From NCBI GenBank assembly GCA_036172245.1, contig JAYWIR010000008.1:930001-994000 (forward strand): 64,000 nucleotides of DNA, given 5' to 3'. The DNA is from Raillietiella orientalis. Its lineage: Eukaryota. The number at the start of each line of letters is the position of its first letter. Position 1 is the stretch's first letter. The translations under genes and the position numbers were made by a program. This document shows, in pieces, positions 12,501-24,500 of the stretch. Under the pieces are notes generated by a model, which was given only the letters and a program-made list of their open reading frames with translations, did no database searches and was not told the origin of the DNA.

Positions 12501-15500
12501 GAAAGCAAATGCAAAAAAAAAAAAAAAAATCCCTTTAGTACAAAGAGATCAGTGGCAGACCAATCGAAACTGGGAACGGAACATTACGGACCCTAAGTGT
12601 TTCCTCCTAAAATGCTTTTTCCTGAAAATTCGCTTTTAGCCCAGTTTTCCTCATTCATCCTTCTCGGATTTCTAAAAACACGCAGAGTAGTCTACCATGT
12701 GTGGGACGAGAAGAAAACAAGCGGAAAGTGGGGGGGTGGGCTGGGGGGGGAGGTAAATTAAAAAGCAAGGAGCAATCATCAGTGTTCTAAAAATGAAAAT
12801 TCGAGATTAGTCTCTTTCGAAGATCAATGTTTTTGTTATTTTTGTGTTCGGGAGTGGCAGAGCGTTGCGGTACACCCAGCGTGCGGTTTAGATCGTTTCT
12901 ATAAATATTCGCGTCAATTTACCAAGGAAGAACTCTTGTTTATCTAGGTAGCGAAGGCCAACATGCGGCACGACACAGTTTGTACATCCATGTCTCCCAA
13001 ATAATAAAATGAAATGATATTAATAGCTAAGGATGCACACTCTTTCCTGTTTTAACTGCTTGGCAGACTTGTGTACACGGGGAAAAGTGTTTCGAATCTG
13101 GCGTGCTTGAAAGGATCTTGGATTTCGGCTCCAGACGAATGTGCTTTTCAATGCGGCCCCATTTTTTCACGTTGAGCTGAGATCCGAGTCCGAGAAACGC
13201 CGTCAGATGACTAAATATCCGAGTACGTGGATTCGTCCTCCACCTTTATGCAGAAAAGTTTCTGCCCTTTCTCGAAGTGTGTATCTGTTCTCATCTGTGT
13301 TGTTTGAGCGTGTCCGTGTGCGTTTTTCTTCCACTTCATGTTTCTCTCTCTTAGACACTCATTCGTTTATATCAGTACAACGGCATAATTCCCCGATTAC
13401 CATCAGCCTGCTTCATTCTGCGGAATTCTGAGAGGCGCTCGTCGTTTCTTTGTTTTGGTTTCTGCCTTCGGTGCGTAAAATTAGAAATCGCTTTCTCCAT
13501 CACGACTGAAAAGAAAATTGAATTTGCCAACTTTTTGATTACAGTCACATTATCCGGTCCATCAGCAGTTTCGTGTAATGAATCTCGTGTACGTCCGGGT
13601 TCCACATTTCCAAAGTCTGGGGAAAAAAAAAAAAAAAAACCGCTGGACATTTTCGCAAGGATTTTTGAGAATCACTTTGTTCCGTGAATCCCTCCGAAGA
13701 GAAGTTGAATGAAAATCTGTATAATGAACTCTTGTTTACACAGAAATGTTTTCTAGGATGCTGTCCAAAACGAATCAGAATGTCTTTTTCAAGGTATGCA
13801 ACTGTAGCATCAAGAAAAAAACCACTCGACGAAATGAGTAATTATGAAGCTGCCATTTATAAATAGCATTCCAGTGACACTTTTGCACCAGATTCTCACA
13901 TTCTGCACCGGGCACTAAATTCATGTTCACTTTAAAGACAACGTCCTGCTTGAGTTGCTGCCAGCAGCAGTAGGGATTAATTTCATTAACCGGGTGTGTA
14001 CAATCGAACCGTTCGTTTGCTCGAAACTGCCTTTCGGTGAGTCTGGTCCGCTGCGCCGTTTCCTGGATGCACACAAAGGATCCTTCACTTCCGCTGAAAC
14101 ATTAGCCGATAATAGACTCCTAATAATCTGAGCCTTCTGTCGATTTATCTGGAGCTCCTTATGCATGCATGCAGAAATTCTTTCCTTTGCGTTCCATAAA
14201 ATCTCCTTTCGTTATTTTCCAGTACCACGTTTCACAACACATAAAACTGGAAGAATGCATGCGACGCAGCCGAACAGCATACGCGTTGATTTCCGGAGTT
14301 GGCCGCCTGAGTAATGCTTCCATTTGAGACACATTATCCAGTTGATTCGATTATCCTTTCGGCATTCCGTTTTTTTTTTTTTTGTAGTCGGCTGCTTCGT
14401 CTTCTGAGCAAATAACTCGCTCGTGGGATCCTCTGCGCGCAACTTCAGTCAAAGCTCTGCCAAAGGCCGCCAAAGAGAGAGCTTTCTTATTCAGCATTCG
14501 TGTTCGGACAAGTGCACATCACTGTACAGAGGAATTCAGGAAAGACGCTTTTGAATCCGCCCTGTTCGAAAGCGAAAGCAGATGGGAAACTAGTTCGTTC
14601 AGAAACGGTCTCGTCTTTTATCCGGAGAACCGTTTTTGTTTTCGCTCGGTTCTTTCCACGTTGTCATACAACGAATCGGATGAACCCTGTACATGCCTCG
14701 AAACGTCTCCCGGAAACGTCTCCAATTGCGTATCCCGAAATATTTGTCACATTCAATGAGTCCTCGTAGGCGGGCTCAATGATCCTTGACTTGCCCCGCA
14801 CCCTAGCGTCATTTGTTGAGTTCTAAAAATGATGTGGATAGACGAATCTCACAAATCAGCTTCTTAATATGGCCGTAATGCATCGGTGCGTTCCGTTTCC
14901 ATAGGTAGCATGCAAGTCGGCGTCCGCAAAGTAGGCGCAGCATTTGTACCGTACACTTACGAAATATCACTTCGGTACGCATGCGCAAGCTTATGTATAC
15001 TCCCTTCCGTATGAGGTGCACGAAAGCTAGCATCAAGAAAGAGTGCACACACACCTAAGTCCGCACGCATGCACACGTTTCTACAGATACGCAAGTGTGC
15101 TATGTTCTGGTTATGATGCATTGTATGCATGAGGGTCTGTGATCATTCGCAGAGGTTGTCTACGCACTAAAACTTACACGAGTACATATGTACATATGCA
15201 TATATGTGTATGCATAAATTTTCTGCGTGTGCGCGTATAGTATGCATGCTTACGTGCATAAGCATTGATACCGTCTTCCTTTAGATGAGTGAGCTCATGC
15301 ACAGTCCGATCCCCATTCGCGTCATCGTTGGTCACGTACGACGGAGAAGCGCATCGGCTAAGCGACCCCTTTTTCGTCCTGGGTCTGGGCTCCCTCTTTT
15401 TGCCTCCTGCGTGCGAAGAGTTCATGAAGAAAGGTAGAAGGGGAAAGGGGGGCATTCCCCTGTGTCGTATATCCCTATGTCGAGTTTCTGCGAGGAAATC

Positions 15501-18500
15501 TTTCCCCCTCCTCTTTTACTCACTGCTTCGTCCCCATCAAGCGGGACGCTTTGGGGGGGACATGCGGGCAGGCGTTCCTTCTTCCGTTCGATTTCCCGGT
15601 TCGTGCTTTCTTCTCTGCCTCCTGTTTTCTCAGCTGTCTGCCTACTCTCGGGGAAAGCGTGAGCGCACAAGTGGGGGGCGGCTCTCTCCCCCCGCGTCAC
15701 TACCGGCCTAATTTTGGTTGTCTTTCCCTAGTTTCGCCGCCAATATTTGCTTTCGCCAGTCAAGGACGCTCCCTAGGAAAGCGAAAAGAAGCGTTCGCTT
15801 TCCTTGTTTTTCTGCTCACCGGCCAGCAGTAGCTGCCCGCCGCTACCTCGCATGAAAGACAGAATGTTCTTCATGCTCGGTTTGTGCTAAAAGGAGGGAG
15901 GGGGGGCGAATAGGTTGAAAAACTGCACTTTCACGGGCTACTCGGGAGAGCCTGGGGAAGAGGGGAACTCGCAATAAGGCGGGGAAATACAGTAGCCTGT
16001 CGGAGAGCTCACACGGGGACAGCAGCGGCTTTCCAAGCAAAGAGTTCCCTTCCTCTAACCTTTTGCCCACCTCGCCCATGGTAAGGAGAGGGAAAATACG
16101 AAAAACCAGCCAGTCCTCCCGCGAACTCTGGACGCGACTCTGACGGTTGAAGAATCCGTCCTTATGCGCCACCGCCGCCCCTTGGCAACCTTCGGGAACG
16201 CTTGCAGGGCTCCTCGAGTCATTCAGCAGCGTGAACGTTCTCTCTGGGTGTTGATCAGGGATTTCCATTGGTCTCCGGATTAGGAGGCGCTTTTTCCAGA
16301 AAGAGCGACTTCGAAGAGCTGAAGCCGGGAGTGCCGAGAGAAGAGCACTTTATCCAAGTGGAGAAGTGCTTTTATTATCTCGTGGTTACGTCGGAACTCG
16401 CGCAAACAGACGCCGAGGAAGACCTCCGATTGGGGGAAGGCAGCAAGAGCACCCAACAGCCTTTGCCCATGTACCATGTACAAGGTTGTCCGGCTGCAAA
16501 CTTGGCTGCTCTTTCGCAAACTAAGGGACACAGAGATCGTCTTGCAGTAGTAGCCCGAGACGGGGAACTGAGAGTCTTACAGGCACCGTTCCGTCTTCCC
16601 CGGAGTCCCCCGTCCAGCATCGGATGCGGGAGCACGATTGACGGCAGGTCGCCCATTCCCGCTGCTAGGAAGGCAGCGACAGACAGCGAAGTCAAAGAGT
16701 TCTTTTCCCTTCGGGTGGTCCAAGAGGTCGGCAAGAATGCGTCATTGGAGGTCGCTGGGAAAATGCCGCCGAGGACTAGGAGGTTCTCTCAGAGGCGAAA
16801 TACAGATCGCGAAAGTGCACGGCGAGACCGAGAGATGGACCCTAAAGAAAGGCGAAAGGGGAGAAGAGAAGGGATGGGCGCAGTGCTATCAGAGCTGCGA
16901 AGGTGCCTTCTTCCCGGAGCATTCCAGGGGGGCAGCCACTGCGAAATTAGCTGAGGGGCGAGAAAGTTGGATAGGTAGCCTTTCAGAGGGAGATCCCGAC
17001 TTGTCGCGATGCGCGCGGGTGGAACCTCCTCCTTAAAGAGGAGGACATCACGATGAGAAACTGTACCAACTTCACCAGAACGGTCCGAGGGGGTTCGCGC
17101 TGCGGGAACGCCAGCGCGAGCCCCTTCCATTCAGACTGGAGGCACCGAGGACAGAGAGGCTCGCGGTGAACGTGCGCTCTCCTTTCTCGTGGGAAACAAC
17201 GAAAGCAGGGGAGCAGGTGACCCTTAAGACGATGACAACGAAGAGGAGGAAGATGGCGACAGGGTATGGGGCAGGGAGCGTGGAGACTGGCTTCGTGCCA
17301 ATCATCCGATCTGCTCCCTTCCTCCTCGTTCGCTTCGAACGGAGGTCCTTCCTTCCTCCCCTCTTTGGTCACCGCAGAGCGGAAGCTCCTCCTCTCTACC
17401 GACAACCCTTGCCGACGAAGGGAGAGGGCGGTTGGCTGGCGTCCACGATGAAGAAGAAGTCGTCCACTCTGCTGACCTATCAAGGCTGTTCGTTCGACCC
17501 CGAAGCCGTCGGGAGCTCACGCCACCTCCACAGGTCTCGCCAGAACGACCGGATACCTCTCCAAATACGTGGAGTCTGGGAAAGGATAAACTTTCCGAGG
17601 ATGATTCCCTCCGGGAGGGGCACGCCCCCCGTCTCTTCCTCTTTCTCTCCCTTTTTGCTGCGCGCGCATCGCTCCTGCAGCGGCGCGCGAGCAGCAGTGC
17701 CTCTCACCGAGCACGAATGTGCGAGAAGTTGCGCCTGGGAGCGAAGGATGCAGGAGGGGGGAGGGAACGGCCACCGCCAACTGCAGCTAATGAAGGGGGC
17801 GAGGTTTCGGGGCGGTCGCGGTAGACAAGGGATCGCAGCCCGCGTGGCATTTCGTTCCCAAGGGCGCGGACACTTTGCTTTGTTTTGGTTCTGGAACCAG
17901 CCACCTCCCTCCTCTTTGCCCTGGCAAAGGGAGGCGAAGGTGGTGGTTTTCCCGGGGATGCAAGGTGAAGGGACTGAGGAGCTCGGACAGCGACCACTGC
18001 GGAGCCTGCTTGCCTCGCGATGTCCTCCTTTCTCTTGACTTCCTCTGGAACTAGGTTCCGGGAGTCACGAAACCCGAAGGGGTAGGTTCAGATTTTCCAT
18101 CTTCTCTCTCCTCGTTCGATCTCCGACTGTTCCTCGACGTCTGGTCCCCGGAGGGGTCAGCCCTGCGGGACGCCACGCTCCTTTTTCTTCCATCCGGGCT
18201 CCCCCGACCGCGCTAGTGGAGTGGATTGCTTCCTCGCGCTTTTCCTTTCGGGTGCGTTCGAGAGTGATGCAAGCCTCCCTTTTCCCCACCCTCCTTTACC
18301 GAGATTGCCGGAAAGCGTTCGGTCCTTCACTCCCTATCCTTCCTTTCGACTTCCCGGCGGAACGCACCGGGAGAAGGTGCGAGGTGCATCTCGCGAAGGA
18401 GGGCAGAGAGTCGAGCGTACGACATAGCTCCGAACGAACGAGGGCGGGCCCACCCCTCGCGTTCGTCAGGCCTCCGCGGGGAAATTCTTATGCGCGTGGA

Positions 18501-21500
18501 TAAGGAGGAGGCGGGAGATGGATCATTAGCAGCTCCCAGTCGATGGGTCTCTCTTGATGACCGGTGCTCACTCCCCCCTCCAGGTGTCCCGCAATTCGTG
18601 TGCAGACACGGATCGCGGGCTGGGATTCGCTCGGAGGGAACACATGGAACATGCAATACGCAGGAGCGCGACTCGGGAGCACGCATAGCCGCCACGGAGG
18701 CACGCACTCTTCCTTTCTTCAGGGAAGAGAGAGGAAGGGGTCGCGTGCATCCTGGGGGGGTGTCCACCATACTAAACTTTCTTGTACCCCTAGCCAAGCT
18801 GGATGGCGTGAAGACCTACATGAGACTGCGGAGGGTGCCTACCCACCTGCAGAACAAGGTGGTCAAATGGTTCGACTTCCTCTGGCTGTCTCAGAAATCT
18901 TCCGACGAGGACAAGGTCGTCAGCTGCCTTCCCGGTAAGCGTTGCTCTTCCCATCCCACCTCTCCGTTCGGCCATTGGACCTTCCTTCCATTGCTTTCCT
19001 GACCTACGTTGCTACCCGGGACGCCGCTGGCGTCCCCTCTGTAAGTCGGACCATCGCGGCACTGCCGGAGGTGACACACGCCACCTTGGTGGCAGAATTC
19101 GGGAGCACCTCGAGACCGATTGGCTGCACAGGGGTACACCATAGGGCGGGCGAGGGCGAGGCTGCATAGCAGTTGGATGAAGAGACCAAAGACGCAAACG
19201 GAAACAGGGTGGGGCTGCAAGCGACGACTGGAGTACCGCCGTTCCGCGACCCTTCCTTCCTGAAACGTCTGGGGCGCGTTCCCCTGCCGCTTCTAGAGTC
19301 CTTTCCTCCCTTCTATCGTACAGCCCCTTACACGGGAGAGCAGAGAGTGCTGCGGAGCTCCTTGAGAGAGAGAAGCAGAGAAGGAGGAAGGCGGCATTCG
19401 GATCACCACCGTTCTCCCCTTTTGCCGGTTCCTGGTCACGCTCTCTCACCATGCCTCTACGAATCCAGCGGTCCCTTACCCAGGCGGACGGGGCTGCTTA
19501 GTGCAATCTAGTGCCTCGGTATCCTGTGCTTTCTGGATGTTCGTCTGGGAGCCGGACGGGACGCCCGTCCTGCTCTTTTCGGGAGCGTCTCGAACAGTCG
19601 TCTCGGGAAAAGAACGTCCCATGATCCCTCCTCCTTATAGGAAAAAGCGCTCTCGACTGAGAAAAAGCACAATTGAAAGAGTTTTTCCAGGGTGCTCAGG
19701 AAGGGCGAGACTGCGGGTTTCTCGGAGGAAAAGAAGGGGGGGGGGGGGAACGGATGAAAGCGAAGGAGGCTCAAGGATACGACAAAGACCTCGAAGAGAG
19801 CATCTGGGGACTACTGACGGACGGGAGTAAGTCACCGCCATTAGCCTGCCGATTAATTGCCGCTGCCGTCGACGCCGGTGCCCCGTACTGCACTGTTGCA
19901 CTTGGCCTGCGACACTCGGCATGGTCATCGCCGATCACTGGGGAACCTCGCGAAAAGGGAGTCAGGTGGCGGCGGTGTGGTAAATGCTTCGGGGTGGGAA
20001 GCAATGGTGCATCTCCTTTCCGCCGCTCCTTTTCCCTCTTCCCCCAAGGAAGCCTTGGGACGCTCATGGGATTGCTTGCTTGGTCAGATAAGCTGAAGGC
20101 AGAGATCGCCATCCATGTGCACCTGGATACGCTGAAGAGGGTCGAGATCTTCCAGAACACCGAAGCCGGATTCCTCTGCGAGCTGGTCCTGAAGCTGCGT
20201 CCAGTGCTCTTCTCTCCTGGAGATTACATTTGCCGCAAAGGTAAGCTTTCCGCAGCCTTCTCAGGTGGTGGTGGTACGGGTCGGTTCGCGATCCTCAGCA
20301 GTAAAGTGTGCCTCCTCATCCCCTCGCCCTCGAAAGCGCGGTGCACCCACTTCTACGCCCCGCCTCCGCATTTCCAATCCGGCAGGCGGAGTTGGTTGGG
20401 CTTGCGGGGGGTAAGCTAACGCACACGAGAACGACGGAAAGGTGACGGCAACTCGCACAGAGGCAACCAGCGCCCTTCTTCTTCCTGCCTTCTTCCTTGC
20501 GCGCTTCCCGTCTCTCCTCTCCGTGGCCGGAAACGGAAGTGTCGGGAGGAGAGAAGAGACACTGCCGGCCTTTTCGCTTGGAATGGGTGGGTAGCGGAGG
20601 AAGGATCAGTTGTCTTCCCGCGAAGGAGCCGGCGGGAGTCGCTTCGGGTTGCGATTCTCGCCGTCTCTTTTCAAAGCGTCCACGTGCCCGAATACAATTG
20701 CGGAATTTAAAAAAAAGGGGTCGGAGAGGCCCGTCCAATCCCACACGAGTCTCCTGCCCGGTGAGACATTGGGAAGAGGTTCGCCCTCCTCTCAGGTGAC
20801 CATCGCAGGCGACCTCCTCGCACCGACAGGGGAGGAGGGAAGGGGGAGATCGCTGTGGCTCCTTCTATCGGCATGCGGGAGATTCCTTCCCTCCCACCGC
20901 CGGAGAAAGCTTCGAACGGGTGCTGCTTCATGTGTCTTTCGCAAGGTGAGGTCGGGAAGGAGATGTACATCGTCAACCGGGGGAGACTACAGGTGGTGGC
21001 CGACGACGGCAAGCTTGTACTGGCAACTCTGAAGCCCGGCTCCTACTTTGGCGAGATAAGCATCCTGAACATGGGAACTGCAGGTCAGAAGCTACTAGAG
21101 GGCGCCTCGGAGGAAGGGGGGAGACGTGGGCGTGCATCGGTCGAACGGGAAGCAGCGGTTGAATGGCGTCGTCCCAAGGCATCGGAGGCGGCCAAATCGG
21201 CATAGCCTTTCTTCCCTTCCGGGCAGCAATCACGAGGGAACCGTGAGGGAAGGGAAGGAAAGAGGGCAATGGGCTTGCCCACTGCCCTCTTCAAGGCGGC
21301 CGGGATTTTTCCACCCTCAGGGGGAACTCTCGGAGGTAAATCCCACTTGTCCTCCCCGGGAAACTCAGGTTCGCTCCCCACCCCTCCTCCCTCCTTGTCC
21401 TCCTCCTTTTTCCTCTTTTCCCCTCGCGCTCCTGGCATGAGCAGACCGTCGAGCGGCTGGAGCCTGCCTCGTCCTGCACAAGCTGAGCATATCCATCTAT

Positions 21501-24500
21501 CGCCTCGACCGCTACCGCCAGCCGGCGACCCCGAATCGGCTCGCCAGCTGCACGCAACCTTCAGTGGGTCACGCCGAAAGCGCTAGCTTGGCTGAGGGTC
21601 AGTGAGCAGTAACCAGAGCGCGTGCACATGATCATGGCGAGTGGACGGTTGTGACTCCGTGCGCGACCAGGAAGCAGCGTTGGCGCCATGGAGAGCTGAG
21701 GGGAGGGACCGCGGCGTGGTTCTCTCAGTGGCCTCCCCTTCCCCCCTCACTTTCCTCAGGAAAACTGGGAGACGCCGCGGGAGTAACGACCATTTCCACA
21801 CTGCTCGAGTTCTCTCCTGGTCAGAGGTTCCCCTTCCAGACGCCCTCCCGGTCTCACACGAAATGACTGGGACCTTGCCTTCAAGACCGACTGGCTCTCG
21901 AGCAGATGCTGTGACCTCATCTCTCGGCTCGTTCTACTTCCCGGGGAACCTCCTGTTCCCACCCCCTCGGAGTCAGGGCCCCAGGTTCAAGGAAGAGGCG
22001 GCGAGGACCGCCGCATGGGCGCGTAGACTCGCGCGGAGGGCCAACACGCACTTCCGGGATGCGCCGGAAGGTAGTTCTCTCCCTTCTCCAGTCTCTGCGG
22101 TCCAGTACTCGGGGACACGACGCTACCATGGCCATCTTGCGAAGAACTTGCGACTCTGGACTGCGACCTCCCAGGTTCTCCGTCCCCCTTCACAGCTTGC
22201 GCGCTGCAAGCGGAGGGCATCCCCCTGCCGTTTTTTCTGCGGAAAGGGGCGGAAGCCGGCGCCCGGGAACCCTCGAGAAAGGTCGCTCCAGCACGGAGTA
22301 ACGGGCTTCCGAAGGTTCGTCGGGTCCTGGAGGAAAGGGGAGAGGCGAAGGAAGCTCCATCTGCAGAGAGATTTTTCCCTCCTTTTTTATCAAGGCGGAC
22401 GCAGAGGGTCCAGGCGGACAGTCCCAAGGCATTCACTGCCTGAGGGAACCGGGAGCTAAACGAGGCAGATCCGGAAGGCCGGCGGTGATCTTCCTAGAGC
22501 GAGTCGCTGACCTCGCCTTTCGAACCTGACTTTTGTCGGACGGCAATGGGTCCCGAGGGGTTTCCTGCACATGTTCTTCTCTCCCTTTCCATCACCAACT
22601 CCTTAAACTCCCGAACATGAAAGAGGGAAATAAGAAGAGGGCATGAGGAAGTCGAAAAGAAGAGAGTGCGGGAGGGTGATGGTCTCCTCTTCGCTGCCTA
22701 CGTCTCTCCAAGATGTCCTTGGCGCAACCTCTGGAGCAGTACTGAGGTTGCCGCGTAAGGTGCCTTCTTGGGGTAGAGCGACGTAGCTGCAGACACGGAA
22801 GGAATCTCACCCTCCCTGACCCTGAGCAGACGCTCCAGTCCATCGTGTTCCTAGGCAGAATCCGCGCATACACATCCGACAGCAGGGTGGCTCTTCGAGT
22901 CCGCCACCCAGCAATGCGAGGGGCGAATCGCGTCTAAGCCGTAAGACCTCCACTCCTGGGGTATTCGTGGACGAAAACCGGTGGTTTCCGCAGCAGGTGC
23001 ACCCGGAGACTCGAAAAGCAAGGACGTAGCAGAAGAATCCTCCAGCAGGAAACCACGATTTCCTCTTGCTTGCCCTGCTTCGTTTCCTTCTCTGCGAGAG
23101 CGAGGTGCATCGTTTCCTCTGCTGCCCCACTCACTCGCTACTTGTGAAGGACTGGTGGCCGGAAGAGGACGGAGAACTTGGACCGTATCCCGTACGCATG
23201 TCCTCGTGCGCACGCCGGCACTCTTGGGGATGAGACACTTGGATGACGACGTCCTCCGAACCCTGGTTCCCTCCTCCGTAGGGAGACGAACTCTCCTTAA
23301 CGGGCTTTCCGTGGTTGGCGGACCGCACGGCCAGACATCCGTCAGCCGAGTCCAAAGCACGTTTTGCCTCTCGCGGCAAGGCGAAACCTTCCTTGGGAGC
23401 GGAAACGTCTCTGGGAGGTAGCATCGACAGGTTTCCTAGAGTATGCACGTCTCCGTCGTGCCTGGTTTTATTTTGAATGTTTGCAAAGATTTTTTTTTTT
23501 TCTTTTGCACTGGAGGGGGAATATGCATTGGGGATGATAACCAATAGATGATTATGAATAGGGAACCGCCGCACTGCATCTGTGCGTTCCGTGGGATACA
23601 GTGATCTGTTCGTGCTGTCGAAAAAAGACATGTGGGATGTTCTCAAGGAATATCCTGCAGCGCGTGTGAGACTGGAAGCCATCGCCATCAAGCGGCTGGA
23701 AAAATATAAAAACACCCCTTCGGAAAGAGGTAAGTGTTGCTGTTCCGCTTTCCTTCTTGTACCACTTTTCGATGGTTTGAGTGCGATGAATGGGCAGCCG
23801 AATTTAAAATGCGAGCAGTAAAAATACAAAGAGGAAAACAAAATGATGGGCTGCTAGTCCAATGTGATTGCAGCTCCAGAAAACTGAATCGAATTCGCCT
23901 CGATAGAAGCGAGTAACGAGAACACCTCGGCGGAGACTTGGGATGTCGATAGGAAAGCGAAAAGATCACATTGCTAAGGTACGAAGAAAGCAGGTTCAGA
24001 TTGTTTCGCTTGCTTAGAAGATCATCTCCACACTCGAGTTTACGGGTCCTGGATTGTACCACGCCAATATGAATACATTCACAAGAGGGGAACGTATACA
24101 ATCGTTAAGGGTTTCCTCGAACAAAATGCGAGTTTTCCCTGCATGCTTGCAGTGCTTCTCTAGCTCAAGCGAGCAAGCTTTCCCTTCGTTTCACACTGGA
24201 AACTTTGCTGATGCCACAAGGCAACCAACTCGAGCAAGAGCGTCGCGCACACAGTCCGCACTGGTGGAAACGTTGACAGCTGCCCGAGCACGTGTTCACG
24301 AGGTTCACGTATTGCAAGGGCAACAGGTACCCATGCAGTCTTCTGGCTCTGTAGGAGAACTCGCTCGGCTTTGGCATCGGGGATTCAAGCGTCTGGAAGC
24401 ACTCTCGAACTCTGGCAACTTGCAAGCAATCAGGCCTCAAATCCATCCATTGCCCTCGAACATTCCTCCTTGGGAACAGACATTTCAGAGTGAGATGAAG

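Noticed and set aside
16268..18038. 228-aa and 290-aa plus-strand ORFs in the 10-kb CNG intron
   Set aside because: Non-ATG starts, no motifs, and no phase-compatible splice sites needed: the conserved channel sequence is complete across this intron.
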